A DNA stretch of 64,000 nucleotides from Vicinamibacteria bacterium (GTDB taxonomy: Bacteria > Acidobacteriota > Vicinamibacteria > Marinacidobacterales > Marinacidobacteraceae). Location: positions 800,001 to 864,000 of the forward strand of contig CAXXLQ010000004.1 of assembly GCA_963668695.2 (NCBI GenBank), read 5' to 3'. Positions 39,483 through 50,135 of this stretch are shown here, piece by piece. The notes under the pieces were generated by a model. That model searched no databases, was not told the origin of the DNA, and worked only from the letters and a program-made list of their open reading frames with translations. How positions within the stretch are numbered: position 1 is the stretch's first letter; every line of letters starts with the position of its first letter. Made by a program: the position numbers and the translations under genes.

Positions 39483-41930
39483 ATGCGGCTTCCGTTTCAT
39501 CGTCTGCTGATCGTTCCGGCCGTCGCGCTGGCCGCTGCCGCCGCCGCGCAGGAGGGCTACCAGACGCCGCCCGACGCGATCGTCCGGATCGCCGAGGCGC
39601 CGCCGACGCCGGGAATTTCCGTGTCTCCCGACAAGGTGCACGCGGTGCTGACGCACCGCTCCAGCCTGCTCCCGCTCGCCGAGCTGTCACGGGCCGAACT
39701 GCGGATCGCCGGGCTCCGGATCGATCCGGCAGCGAACGCGGCGAGCCGGCGCCGGATGTTCCGGGAACTCACCCTGCAGCGCGTTGACGGCGGCGCGGCG
39801 GCCGCGATCACCGGCCTGCCCGACCCGCTCCGCGGCGACCACCTGAGCTGGTCGCCCGACGGGGCGCGGTTCGCCTTCACCCACACCGGGGACGACGGCG
39901 TGGAGCTGTGGACCGTGGACGCCGGCAGCGGCGCCGCGACCCGCGGCGCCTCCGGAGTGAACGCGATCTTCCGCGGCGCCCCGTTCCGCTGGCTCGGCGA
40001 CAGCGCGCACCTCGCCGTCAAGGTCGTGGACCCGGGCCGCGGCATGCCGCCGGAAGCTCCGGCGGTTCCGGAGACGCCCGTGATCCAGGAAACCACCGGC
40101 CGGGTGGCCCCGGTGCGGACCTACCAGGACCTGCTGACCAGCCCGCACGACAACGCGCTCTTCAGCTACTACGGCGCGGCCCGCGCGGTCGTCGCGGATC
40201 TGTCCGGAAACACCACCGAGATCGCCGGACCGGGCATCATCGAGGGCTTCGCGCCTTCGCCGGACGGCAGCTACCTGCTCGTCACCACCATCCACGAACC
40301 GTTCTCCTGGCTCGTTCCGTACTCGCGGTTCCCGCACCGGATCGAGATCCGGGACCGGAGCGGCGCGGTGGTGCATGAGGTCGCGGACCTTCCGCTCCAC
40401 GAGGAGATCCCGATCGGCCGCGACTCGGCCCCCACCGGGCCGCGGTCGGTGAATTGGCGGGGCGACCACGACGCCACCCTGGTCTGGACCGAGGCCCGGG
40501 ACGGCGGCGACCCGCATGCCGAGGCGTCGGTCCGCGACGTGCTGGTGCAGCTCGCCGCCCCGTTCGAGGGCGATCCCGAAGTGCTGCTCCAGGTACCCCT
40601 CCGCATGATGGGAGCGACCTTCGGCGGCGGGCGCGGGGTGGCGATCACCCGTTGGTGGATCAACCGGGCCGAGCAGATCTGGGCCATCCCGACCGCCGGG
40701 AGCGGCGAACCCACCCTGGCCTTCGATACCTCCTACGAAGACCGCTACGCCGCGCCGGGAACGCCGCTGACCACGATGAACGAACGGGGTGCGCGGGTGC
40801 TGCTCACCTCGTCCGACGGATCGAAGGCGTACCTCACCGCGGAAGGCGCCTCCCCGCAGGGGAACCGGCCCTTCGTGGACGAATGGGATCTCGAAACGGG
40901 CGAGACCCGGCGGCTGTTCCAATCGGACGCCGACTCCTTCGAAACCCCGCTGGCGCTCCTTGATCCCGAGGCCGGGATGCTGCTCACCCGGAAGGAAACC
41001 CGGACGACGCCTCCCAACTACTACGTCCGCGACCTCGGCGGTGGCGAAGCCCGGGCCATCACCGACTTCGCCCACCCGTACCCCGGTCTTCAGGGCGCGG
41101 AACGCGAACTCATCCGCTACCAGCGCAGCGACGGCGTCGAACTGAACGCCCTGCTCCACACCCCACCGGGCTACGACGCGGCCCGCGACGGACGTCTGCC
41201 GCTCATCGTGTGGGCCTATCCGCGCGAGTACAAGAGCGCCGCGGCCGCCGCCCAGGTCCGGGATTCGCCGCAGCGGTTCAGCTTCGTCAGTTGGGGTTCG
41301 GCGCTCTACTGGCTGACCGAGGGATACGCGGTCATGGAAAACGCCACCATTCCGATCATCGGCGAGGGGGACCAGGAGCCGAACGACAGTTACGTCGAGC
41401 AACTCGTCGGGAGCGCGCAGGCCGCGGTGGACGAGGCGGTTCGGCGCGGGGTGGCCGATCCGGACCGGACGGCGATCGCCGGACATTCGTACGGCGCGTT
41501 CATGACCGCGAACCTGCTCGCGCACTCGGACATCTTCCGGGCGGGGATCGCGCGGAGCGGCGCGTACAACCGCACCCTCACCCCGTTCGGCTTCCAGAGC
41601 GAGCCGCGGACCTTCTGGGAGGCGCCGGAGATCTACTTCCGGATGTCCCCGTTCATGCACGCGCACCAGGTGAACGAGCCGATCCTGCTCATCCACGGCA
41701 TCCTGGACAACAACTCCGGCACCTTCCCGATCCAGAGCCGCCGCTTTTACCACGCGCTCAAGGGCCACGGGGCGGTCGCGCGCCTCGTGATGCTGCCCCA
41801 CGAGAGCCACGGTTACGCCGCCCGCGAATCGGTGATGCACACCCTCTGGGAGCAGCACCAGTGGCTCGAGCGCCACGTGAAGAACGCGGCGCCGCGGATG
41901 GAGACGACCCAGGAGGTCGGCCGCCGGTAG
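39483..41930 (+). CDS. S9 prolyl oligopeptidase-family serine peptidase (secreted)
   Basis: WAYPREY, GHSYGAFMTANL, HG..DNNSGT, ESHGY; signal peptide. Confidence 0.93.
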   Translation: MRLPFHRLLIVPAVALAAAAAAQEGYQTPPDAIVRIAEAPPTPGISVSPDKVHAVLTHRSSLLPLAELSRAELRIAGLRIDPAANAASRRRMFRELTLQRVDGGAAAAITGLPDPLRGDHLSWSPDGARFAFTHTGDDGVELWTVDAGSGAATRGASGVNAIFRGAPFRWLGDSAHLAVKVVDPGRGMPPEAPAVPETPVIQETTGRVAPVRTYQDLLTSPHDNALFSYYGAARAVVADLSGNTTEIAGPGIIEGFAPSPDGSYLLVTTIHEPFSWLVPYSRFPHRIEIRDRSGAVVHEVADLPLHEEIPIGRDSAPTGPRSVNWRGDHDATLVWTEARDGGDPHAEASVRDVLVQLAAPFEGDPEVLLQVPLRMMGATFGGGRGVAITRWWINRAEQIWAIPTAGSGEPTLAFDTSYEDRYAAPGTPLTTMNERGARVLLTSSDGSKAYLTAEGASPQGNRPFVDEWDLETGETRRLFQSDADSFETPLALLDPEAGMLLTRKETRTTPPNYYVRDLGGGEARAITDFAHPYPGLQGAERELIRYQRSDGVELNALLHTPPGYDAARDGRLPLIVWAYPREYKSAAAAAQVRDSPQRFSFVSWGSALYWLTEGYAVMENATIPIIGEGDQEPNDSYVEQLVGSAQAAVDEAVRRGVADPDRTAIAGHSYGAFMTANLLAHSDIFRAGIARSGAYNRTLTPFGFQSEPRTFWEAPEIYFRMSPFMHAHQVNEPILLIHGILDNNSGTFPIQSRRFYHALKGHGAVARLVMLPHESHGYAARESVMHTLWEQHQWLERHVKNAAPRMETTQEVGRR

Positions 41931-42002
41931 TTCGGCCGCCGCGATCCGGGTTCAGCGCCTGGCGGAACTGAGGTCCGTCGGGCGGCGGCGGGACGCTGTT
42001 AA

Positions 42003-42400
42003 CAGCCGGTGGTGGAACCCGCGTGAGCGCCGAGGCCGGGGAGGCGCCCGGCTGACAAGGCGCGTGAGGGAGGAGCCCCCACCGGGAGAACTGGCCCGGG
42101 TGTATTTCGACCGAAACGCAACGATGAGCGGCGCGCAGCGACGCGGGCAACAGCCTGTGGGGGAACCCGGGTGAGCGACGAGGTCGGTGAGGCGCCCGGC
42201 TGGCGAGGCGCGTGAGGGAGGAATACCGGGTGTATTTCGACCGAAACGCAACGACGAGCGGCGCGCAGCGACGCGGTTCAGCCGGGATGGATCGCCGGCC
42301 GAACGCCGCCCGGGTTTCCTTACAGGCTGTTTGGCCGGGATGGATCGCCGGCCGAGCCCCCACCGGGAGAACTGGGCCGCGTGGGTTTCGCTACCGGTTG
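42003..42400 (+). mobile_element. MITE copy 2, containing nested copy 3 (42151-42329)
   Basis: Outer CAGCCGGTGG...CTACCGGTTG flanked by TTAA/TTAA. Inner CAGCCTGTGGGGGAACCCGGG...CCCGGGTTTCCTTACAGGCTG repeats the same internal body. Confidence 0.85.
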
Positions 42401-43303
42401 TTAACTCCGGCAGCCCGCCTCGCCGGGGAACAGCGCGCGCGCCAGGAGTTCGAATCGCTGCTCTCCAAGAAACCACAGAGTCGTCTCATGAGCCGTGGCG
42501 AAGGTTTCGAACAACCCGGCGGCCTCGGCGCCCTCGAAGACCCGGCACGAGAAGCGCGTGTCGTCGTCGCGTTCCGGCGCGTTTGACAGCGGCCACGGAC
42601 GCTCGTCCCGGTCCGGCGGCTCGTACGGCGGGACATCGAAGACCGTGATCACCTGCAGCCGGTCTCCCAGGTAGGGGGTGAAATCCAGGGTGGCCTCTTC
42701 GAACACCTCCAGCAGGGCCAAGAGGTGCGGAACGCGCGGGTCCGGGTGGGCGTCCATCCCGGCAAAGAGACCCTCCACCCGGATCACATGGTCGCCCGCC
42801 GTGTCCCGGAAGATCAGTTCGGTGGTCAGGATTTCAGGTACCAGGTCGGACGGCGCGGAAATGTGCTCCTCCCCGGCCTCCGGCAAGCCCGAGGCGGCGA
42901 TCTCGTCGAGGGCCGCCTCGAGTTGGGCGGCGGCCAACTCGGTTTCGTTGAGGGACGCCAGCAGCGGCGGGGGCGAGATCGGCGGCGGCGACCCCTCGGA
43001 ATACAGCGTCCCTCCGGCAGTCAGCCAGTAGATCGGCGGAAGGTCGAGGCTGTATTCGGGCGGCAGGAGGCCGCCGCTGACCCACACCTCCAAGACGACG
43101 GCCGACGGATCGTCCGGCAGGAGCAGGTCCGGGGGTGCGGGGTCCGGGGCGGGTGCGGGATCCGGTGTCGGCGCGGGGGCCGGTGCCGGCGTGGGAACCG
43201 GGGGCACGGTGGGCGACCCGGAATCGCCGCCGCAAGCAGCGGCCGCCAGCGACGCCGCCAGGCCGGCGACCCGCCACCACCCCGGATACAGCCGCCGGTT
43301 CAT
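42401..43303 (-). CDS. Hypothetical lipoprotein with Pro-rich linker
   Basis: AAAC lipobox, PAPAP repeats; its TAA stop lies in the MITE target site. Confidence 0.7.
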   Translation of the reverse strand: MNRRLYPGWWRVAGLAASLAAAACGGDSGSPTVPPVPTPAPAPAPTPDPAPAPDPAPPDLLLPDDPSAVVLEVWVSGGLLPPEYSLDLPPIYWLTAGGTLYSEGSPPPISPPPLLASLNETELAAAQLEAALDEIAASGLPEAGEEHISAPSDLVPEILTTELIFRDTAGDHVIRVEGLFAGMDAHPDPRVPHLLALLEVFEEATLDFTPYLGDRLQVITVFDVPPYEPPDRDERPWPLSNAPERDDDTRFSCRVFEGAEAAGLFETFATAHETTLWFLGEQRFELLARALFPGEAGCRS

Positions 43304-43427
43304 GACGGGCTCAGTCTAGGTCCTTTCGTGAGGGCACCTCCAGCGAGGCGGAAGCATCCCGAGCTTTTTTCCCACGGGACACCGCGCGTTCAAACACGGG
43401 CCGCGGGCGCTCCTTACACTTGCCGGC

Positions 43428-44990
43428 ATGACCATGAACCGGCGGCTTTTCCTCGGAACCTCCGCGCGGGCGGGACTCGTCCTCCCCTTCGCGCGGGCAC
43501 TCCCCGTCCTCGGGCAGGAACGGGTCTTCGCCCACGGGGTGGCGAGCGGCGATCCGCTCACCGACCGGGTGCTGCTCTGGACCCGCGTTTCGGGTTCAGC
43601 GGCCGACCGGGTGCCGGTCCGCTGGGCGGTGGCGCGCGATCCCGGAATGCAGGAGGTGGTCTCGGAAGGTGAAGCGACAACCGGACCCGAGCGCGACTAC
43701 ACCTTCAAGGCGACCGCTTCCGGCCTGAAGCCGGGCATGACGTACCACTACCGCTTCGAGGCGCTCGGGGAGCGGTCCCCGGTGGGCCGGACGAAGACCC
43801 TGCCGCGGGATCCCCAGCATGTCCGGCTGGCCTTCGTATGCTGCTCCAACCTGCCCTTCGGGTACTTCAACGTGTACCGGCGGGTCGCCGAGCGGGACGA
43901 TCTCGACGCCGTCCTCCACCTCGGGGACTACCTCTACGAGTACCCGAACCGCGACTACGGTGACGGGACGCGGTTCGGGCGGGTGCCCCAGCCGAACAAG
44001 GAGATCACCACCCTCTCGGACTACCGGACCCGGCACGCGCAGTACAAGTCGGATCCCGACCTCCAGGAGGTCCATCGGCTCCACCCCTTCGTCTGCATCT
44101 GGGACGACCACGAGATCACGAACAACGCCTACACGGACGGCGCCGAGAACCACCAGGTCGCGGAGGAAGAGGGCGACTGGTTCGTACGCCGCACGGCCGC
44201 CGTCAAGGCCTACTTCGAGTGGATGCCGATCCGCGAGCCCGAGCCCTGGCCCAGCCAGCGCACCTACCGGACTTTCCGCTTCGGGAAGCTGCTCGACCTC
44301 ATCATGCTGGACACCCGGCTGATCGGCCGCTCCCGGCAGGCCGAAAGGGGCGACGTCGAGGGAATGGCCCATCCGGACCGCACCCTGCTCGGCGAACGGC
44401 AGGAGCGCTGGCTCTACGGGGAGCTCGCTGCCGCCAAGTCTGCGGGGATCCGCTGGCCGGTGCTCGGGCAGCAGGTGATGATGGGACCGATGCTGGACGC
44501 CGACCGGAACCCCCGAAACCCCGACCAGTGGGACGGCTACGACGCGAGCCGCAACCGGCTCTTCGACTTCCTTGAGCGCGAACGGATCGGCAACCTGGTG
44601 GTGCTCACCGGCGACGTGCACCAATCGTGGGGGATGGACGTGCCGCGGAGTTCCCTGGCCGGCTACGACCCGGACACGGGCGCCGGATCCTACGGAGTGG
44701 ACTTCGTGGCCACCGCCGTGTCATCCCCAAGTTCGAGGCTCCGCCGGCTGGGGACCGAGGACGCCATCGCCGCCGAGGTGAAGGAGGTCCTGGCCGCCAA
44801 CCCGCACCAGAAGTTCGGGGAAGCATTCCACCGCGGCTATTGCGTGCTGGACCTCAAACCCGACCGCATCCAGAACGACTGGTACTTCGTGCCGACCGTC
44901 GAGGAGAAGACCGACGAGCAACACTGGGCGGCAGGGATCCGGGTGGCGTCCGGGACCCAGCACGGGGTCCGGGCGGACGGGCCGGCGTAG
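43428..44990 (+). CDS. phoD: Alkaline phosphatase D family protein (Tat signal)
   Basis: NRRLFL, FAHGVASGDP, HLGDYLYE, WDDHE, LDTR, DQWDGY, TGDVH. Confidence 0.95.
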   Translation: MTMNRRLFLGTSARAGLVLPFARALPVLGQERVFAHGVASGDPLTDRVLLWTRVSGSAADRVPVRWAVARDPGMQEVVSEGEATTGPERDYTFKATASGLKPGMTYHYRFEALGERSPVGRTKTLPRDPQHVRLAFVCCSNLPFGYFNVYRRVAERDDLDAVLHLGDYLYEYPNRDYGDGTRFGRVPQPNKEITTLSDYRTRHAQYKSDPDLQEVHRLHPFVCIWDDHEITNNAYTDGAENHQVAEEEGDWFVRRTAAVKAYFEWMPIREPEPWPSQRTYRTFRFGKLLDLIMLDTRLIGRSRQAERGDVEGMAHPDRTLLGERQERWLYGELAAAKSAGIRWPVLGQQVMMGPMLDADRNPRNPDQWDGYDASRNRLFDFLERERIGNLVVLTGDVHQSWGMDVPRSSLAGYDPDTGAGSYGVDFVATAVSSPSSRLRRLGTEDAIAAEVKEVLAANPHQKFGEAFHRGYCVLDLKPDRIQNDWYFVPTVEEKTDEQHWAAGIRVASGTQHGVRADGPA

Positions 44991-45022
44991 ACGAAGGCAG
45001 CAGACTCAAGGGAGTGGATGGG

Positions 45023-45367
45023 GTGCCTACTGGAAAAAAGCACGACCTCGTTCTCGTCACCTTGGATAGAGAGCAGATCGCCAAAGCCAAGCATGTGAAT
45101 GGCAGACGAAAGCGAATCACACACGCACTCATTTGTGGACCCTATGGGCAGATTTTCGGAACCAAGCAGCAATGCCTGAAGTACTTCGCCGCATGGGATC
45201 CACGGCGCCGTTGGGAAGTCGCTCCAAGTCAGTGGAGAGCGGGAATGTTCCCGAATCTGTTTGCTGCCGCCGTAGAGACAGATCAATACGAGATTCTTGA
45301 CTACAAGACGACCTTCAATCTGGTCATCAAACTGATCGCGCTCGACGAGGCTTGCGAAGGGAACTAG
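45023..45367 (+). CDS. Hypothetical protein (lower GC)
   Basis: AAGGGAG RBS then GTG; protein-like sequence ITHALICGPYGQIFGTKQQCLKYF. Confidence 0.55.
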   Translation: MPTGKKHDLVLVTLDREQIAKAKHVNGRRKRITHALICGPYGQIFGTKQQCLKYFAAWDPRRRWEVAPSQWRAGMFPNLFAAAVETDQYEILDYKTTFNLVIKLIALDEACEGN

Positions 45368-45459
45368 GTTCGCCAGCTAGTGACGCCTAGGTGGTAGGTG
45401 CCGTTCCGGTGTTCGCTAGCAGTACGCCGCAGGCTCACGATCAGAGAACATCAAGATGT

Positions 45460-45993
45460 GTGAAGTACTTCGCGTACGGCTCCAACCTGCTGACCAGGCG
45501 CCTGGCGGATCCGTCGCGCGCTCCCTCGGCCGTCGCACGCGGGATTGCAACGGTGTCCGGTTTCGTCGTCCGGTTTCACAAGATCGGGACGGACGGCTCC
45601 GGCAAATGCACGCTCATCGCGACCGGGGACGATGCGGACGTGGTGTACGGGGTCCTCTACGAGTTCGCGGACTCCGACGTCGCCGGGCTGGACAGGGCGG
45701 AAGGCGTGCACCTCGGCGCTTACCACCGGCATCCCATCCGGCTTGGCTTCCTCGACGGGAGCACCACCGAGGCCGTGACCTATGTCGCCAGTGACCGGTA
45801 TGTAGACGCAGCGTGTGTTCCGTTCGATTGGTACCGGGATCTCTGCGTGGCGGGCGCGATGGAACACGAGTTGCCGCTCCCGTACGTGCAGGAGTTGGCG
45901 CGGACTCCGGCGGCGCCCGACCCGGACGGCGCGCGGGCGGCGCGGGCGCGGCGGCTACTCGAGGGTTCTTGCATTCCAGAGGCTCGGCGGTGA
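45460..45993 (+). CDS. Gamma-glutamylcyclotransferase family protein
   Basis: YFAYGSNL, VYGVLYE, LDRAEG...Y. Confidence 0.88.
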   Translation: MKYFAYGSNLLTRRLADPSRAPSAVARGIATVSGFVVRFHKIGTDGSGKCTLIATGDDADVVYGVLYEFADSDVAGLDRAEGVHLGAYHRHPIRLGFLDGSTTEAVTYVASDRYVDAACVPFDWYRDLCVAGAMEHELPLPYVQELARTPAAPDPDGARAARARRLLEGSCIPEARR

Positions 45994-46106
45994 TCCGGCG
46001 GCAGTTGCAGACAGGAACCGGGGAACACCTCACGAGCGCTGCCGCACGGGATGGTTGTGACGGTCTCGCCCGCCTGCGCCCGGGCGATGCCGGTCAGAGA
46101 CGGCTC

Positions 46107-46535
46107 TCACGCGAGCTCGGCGAGGGGCGCAATCGAATCCGACAGATAGGGGTGGCTCCCGACCCGGTCGCAAAACCGCCGGTCCGCGGTGATGAGCGGG
46201 GCCTTCTCCTGAATCGCGAGCGCGAGATAGAAGCAGTCGTAGACCGGATGACCGAGATCCGCGGCGAGCCGCGATGCCGCCGGAGTGAGTTGCAGGAGCG
46301 TGCTCGGCACCAGCACCGGAGCCGCCCGCAGCGTCTGCACGGCTTCCTCCAACTGGTGGTCCTGCAGGTCCCCACGCTGTCTCATCGCCCACAGAGCGTT
46401 CGCCGCCTCCGCGAACAGCAGATCGGGAGCCATGAGCGAAATCCCTTTGGTCAGCAGCAGCGCTGCCTGGTCGGATAGTGGTTCCCGGACCAGCCATTTG
46501 ACGGCGACGCTGGCGTCGACGACGTAGCGGGTCAT
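46107..46535 (-). CDS. vapC: VapC-family PIN toxin
   Basis: VVDASVAVKW, EAANALW, VYDCFYLALA, ITAD. Confidence 0.92.
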   Translation of the reverse strand: MTRYVVDASVAVKWLVREPLSDQAALLLTKGISLMAPDLLFAEAANALWAMRQRGDLQDHQLEEAVQTLRAAPVLVPSTLLQLTPAASRLAADLGHPVYDCFYLALAIQEKAPLITADRRFCDRVGSHPYLSDSIAPLAELA

Positions 46536-46768
46536 CCGCGGAAGTCCCGATCCCGGTCGGCGCGAATGACATCCGTGCTGTCCACCGTGGAGACGAGGCG
46601 CTCACGCAACCTGGCGGCACGCGCCGCGAAGTCTTCGGACTCAGCGAGCAGGGCCCGACGGAGGATCTCGCGGTGTTCCGCTTCCGCAGAACGGCCATTC
46701 GCCACGGCCCGCCGCTTCAATTCCCGCACCACCTGGTCCGTCACCCGACGAACCGTCAACTGAGCCAT
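46532..46768 (-). CDS. FitA-like antitoxin
   Basis: MAQLTVRRV...LKRRA..NGRSAEAEHREIL; ATGA overlap with the PIN gene. Confidence 0.9.
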   Translation of the reverse strand: MAQLTVRRVTDQVVRELKRRAVANGRSAEAEHREILRRALLAESEDFAARAARLRERLVSTVDSTDVIRADRDRDFRG

Positions 46769-46890
46769 GGTCGTTCCTGCAATGAAGGCGCTGTCATTGA
46801 CAGCATTCTATCGAACGACGGTCAGTCAGGATAGGGGCGTGCGACAGGCCGGCGTTTCAGGTTGGACCAGCCGGACAGATGGTGCGCCCG

Positions 46891-47595
46891 CTACTCCGCG
46901 CGGCGGGCGCCGAGAATTCGTACCGGCTCGTTCAGGATCTGTCCCTGGACCATTTCCGAGGCCGCGGGCGCGTCCGTCGGGAGTCCGTGGATCTCTTCGA
47001 GCACTTCCATCCCCCCGACCACGCGGCCGAAGGTGGCGTAGCCGTAGCCGTCCCGGGTCGGATCCCCGGCGTCGGTGTCGAGCACGAAGTTGTCCCCCAC
47101 GTTGAAGAAGATCTCCGAGTTCGCGGTGCCGGGCTCACTCCGGGCGTAAGCGAGGGTGCCCCGTCCGTTCCGGATCCCGGTGTCATGGGTGGTCTCATGA
47201 GGGATGGGCGGGAACGGCGGCTCCTCCTCCGCCTCCCCGCCGTCGCGGACGAGCATCGGCAGGCTCCGAAGCCCGCCCTGCACCACGTCGTGCGCGTCTC
47301 CCCCGGCCGTGTGGGTCGCGCGGTAGAACGCCGCGCCCTCGTAGTGGCCGCCGTCCACGTAGCGGAGGAACTGCGCGACCGACAAGGGAGCGCGCTCCGG
47401 ATAAAGCTCCACCTCGATCTCGCCGAGGGCGGTCTCGAGGACCACATCGACGGTCTCTTCCGCGGTCTCAGCCGGCGGCGCCTCGGCCGGTTCCTCGCCG
47501 GCGTCCGGTCCGCACGCGACCGGCAAGAACGCCAGCGCGGCCAGCGCCAGTACGGTCCCCAGTACGGTCAATCGAAGGTTGGTGAGTTTCAACAT
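46891..47595 (-). CDS. Cyclophilin-type peptidylprolyl isomerase, lipoprotein
   Basis: APLSVAQFLRYV, FYR, VQGG, SEIFFN, GYATFGRVV.GM; PVAC lipobox. Confidence 0.9.
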   Translation of the reverse strand: MLKLTNLRLTVLGTVLALAALAFLPVACGPDAGEEPAEAPPAETAEETVDVVLETALGEIEVELYPERAPLSVAQFLRYVDGGHYEGAAFYRATHTAGGDAHDVVQGGLRSLPMLVRDGGEAEEEPPFPPIPHETTHDTGIRNGRGTLAYARSEPGTANSEIFFNVGDNFVLDTDAGDPTRDGYGYATFGRVVGGMEVLEEIHGLPTDAPAASEMVQGQILNEPVRILGARRAE

Positions 47596-47697
47596 GGGGT
47601 GCTCCAACGGGAAACGAAGTCGGGCCGGAGAATATCCGGCGCCTACCGAACCGGACCGAATCGAGGACGTAGTGAAGAAGTGCCGATCACGTTCATG

Positions 47698-47769
47698 GAC
47701 CATCCACCCCTCACCTGGTCGCCCGGGTGCGAGGTCGAGGTGCACGAGATGGTTGGAGCCTCCCGGTGA
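47698..47769 (+). pseudogene. 3' tail duplicate of the YciI-like gene at 50136-50471
   Basis: DHPPLTWSPGCEVEVHEMVGASR* versus DHPHLAWSPDCEVEVHEMAGGSG*. Confidence 0.85.
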
Positions 47770-49985
47770 ACCGTCCGTCCCGCACCCCGCCGGGTGCCTT
47801 GGCCGGCTTCCTCCTGACCAGTCTCCTGGGCGGCTTCGGTCTCGGATCGCCGGCGTCCGCTCAGGACCGCGAAGCGCGGGCGGTCCGCATCGAGACCCCG
47901 CCCCATGTGGACGGCGTGCTCGACGAGCCGTTCTGGGCCGGGATCCCCCCGGTCACCGGCTTCCGGCAGCGCGACCCGGTGGACGGCGCGCCGGCCAGCG
48001 AGCGGACCGAGGTGCGGATCGCCTACGACCAGGACGCGCTCTACTTCGGGTTCACGTTCTTCGATTCCGAGCCCGACCGCATCCGCCGGGCCATCCTCGA
48101 CCGCGGCGGCCGGATCAGCAAGGACGACCGGGTGGTCATCGCCCTCGACACCTACCTCGACCGCCGGAACGGCTACATCTTCGAGGTCGGCGCGCTCGGC
48201 ACCCAGGACGACGCCCTCTTCTCGGACGAAAGCCTCGACCGCCCCGACTGGAACTGGGACGGGGTCTTCACCACCGACACCACGGTGAACGCCGAGGGCT
48301 GGGTGCTCGAGATGGCGATCCCGTTCACCACGATCCGCTTCGCCGACGTGGAGGAACCGGTCATGGGGATCGCCTTCCAGCGCTCCATCCGGCGAAAGAA
48401 CGAGACGGTCGTCTGGCCCCACATCGGACAGGATTTCGTGGGGGGAATCGCCCAGGCCTCCCAATACGCGACGCTCACCGGGCTGAAGGACGTCCGCCGG
48501 GGCCACCGCCTCGAAGTGAAGCCGTTCGCCACCCTCGGCGGCCAGCAACTCGCCGGCGAGCCCGACTTCGAACGCCAGTCGAAGACTGGTCTCGATCTGA
48601 AGTACGGGCTGACCTCGAATCTGACGCTCGATCTGACCTGGAACACCGATTTCGCCCAGGTCGAGACGGACAACGTCCAGATCAACCTCACGCGGTTCGA
48701 CCTCTTCTTCCCGGAAAAGCGGGAGTTCTTCCTCGAGCGCGCCGGATTGTTCGAGTTCGGAACCCGGGGGGAAACCGGAGTCTTCTTCAGCCGCCGGGTG
48801 GGCCTCGACAGCGACATCCGCGGCGGCGCCCGGCTCACCGGGCAGGCGGGGCCGATCTCCATCGGGGCGCTCGCGCTCAGAACCGGGGGGAAGCTGCCGG
48901 ACTCCGGCGCCGGGACCGGGGACGGCGAAGTTCCGGCCGCCTGGAACTCGGTCCTCCGCCTGCGGGCCAACCTCCGCGAGCGCACCACGGCCGGGGTGAT
49001 TGCGACGAGTCTCGACCGCGCCGACGGGCGTTCGAGCCGCGCGGCCGGCGCCGACTTTCAGACGAGGTTCTGGAGCAGCTCCGGCTTTCGGGTGTGGGGG
49101 GCCAGCTTGTGGGATTCCGCGACGGGCGGATCGGGCCCTGGACAGCAGGCTGGTCGCGCTCAACTGGATCTGGAGAACGACCGCTACGCCCTGACCCTGG
49201 GCCGCATCCGCGTCGGGAAGAACTTCGACCCCGCGCTCGGGTTTGTCCGCCGCCGGGATATGGACGAGTGGGCCCTCTGGGGCGGCTTCCGGCCCCGATT
49301 CGAATCCAGCGGGTGGGCACGGCGGTTTTCCGTGTGGGGAGGCGGGGCCCGCACCCGCGGGACCGGCGGAGAGCTTCAGTCGGAGAGGCTCTCGTCGAAT
49401 GCGAGCCTCCTGTCCGAGTCCGGAGAATCGGTTTCCGTCGTCGTGGACGACCGTTTCGAGCGCCTCCACGGGCCGGCTTCCATCAGTGGACGAACGCTCC
49501 CTCCCGGGGACTACCGCTTCCGTTTCTGGGAAGCCTTGGTCCGGACCAACGAGAGCCGGATGTTGTCGATGTCGCTGGAGGGGTCCCGGGGCGGCTTCTG
49601 GAGCGGGCGCCGCACCCGCGTCGCCGGGAGCGTGGTCCTCAAGACGGGGCCGCACCTCACGATCGGGAGCCGAATCTCGCGCAACCAGATCTCCCTGCCG
49701 GTGGCTGACGGCGACTTCACCACCACCCTGGTCGCGTTCGACGTCCTGGGCGCGGTCAGCCGCAAGCTCTTCGCCAGCGCCCTCGTGCAGTGGGACAGCC
49801 TTTCGCGGGAACTCCAGGCGAACATCCGGGTGGACTGGATCCACACTCCCGGGAGCGACCTCTTCCTCGTCCTCGACACGGGGTACATCACCGACGACGC
49901 GCTCGACCCCCGCTTCGACCCCCAGTTCGACCCCTGGACACGGCGTACCGCAGTCGCCAAGCTGACCTGGCTGAAGGCGTTCTGA
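47766..49985 (+). CDS. DUF5916 / CBM9-like secreted or outer-membrane protein, copy A
   Basis: DGVLDEPFW, TEVRIAYD, NTDFAQVETD, FPEKREFFLE, FFSRRVG; terminal Phe. Confidence 0.9.
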   Translation: MNRPSRTPPGALAGFLLTSLLGGFGLGSPASAQDREARAVRIETPPHVDGVLDEPFWAGIPPVTGFRQRDPVDGAPASERTEVRIAYDQDALYFGFTFFDSEPDRIRRAILDRGGRISKDDRVVIALDTYLDRRNGYIFEVGALGTQDDALFSDESLDRPDWNWDGVFTTDTTVNAEGWVLEMAIPFTTIRFADVEEPVMGIAFQRSIRRKNETVVWPHIGQDFVGGIAQASQYATLTGLKDVRRGHRLEVKPFATLGGQQLAGEPDFERQSKTGLDLKYGLTSNLTLDLTWNTDFAQVETDNVQINLTRFDLFFPEKREFFLERAGLFEFGTRGETGVFFSRRVGLDSDIRGGARLTGQAGPISIGALALRTGGKLPDSGAGTGDGEVPAAWNSVLRLRANLRERTTAGVIATSLDRADGRSSRAAGADFQTRFWSSSGFRVWGASLWDSATGGSGPGQQAGRAQLDLENDRYALTLGRIRVGKNFDPALGFVRRRDMDEWALWGGFRPRFESSGWARRFSVWGGGARTRGTGGELQSERLSSNASLLSESGESVSVVVDDRFERLHGPASISGRTLPPGDYRFRFWEALVRTNESRMLSMSLEGSRGGFWSGRRTRVAGSVVLKTGPHLTIGSRISRNQISLPVADGDFTTTLVAFDVLGAVSRKLFASALVQWDSLSRELQANIRVDWIHTPGSDLFLVLDTGYITDDALDPRFDPQFDPWTRRTAVAKLTWLKAF

Positions 49986-50135
49986 CCGCCAAGCAGCTCC
50001 GGCTGTCCGTCCTCCCCCGGAACATGCCATGCCCGGCCGGGAGGTTCGACCGCGCCGTTCCACCCGTTGACGCGCCCGCCGCTCCCGCCTATCGTCGCGC
50101 GCTCCGGACCAACCGCAGCGAATCGAGGAACACGG

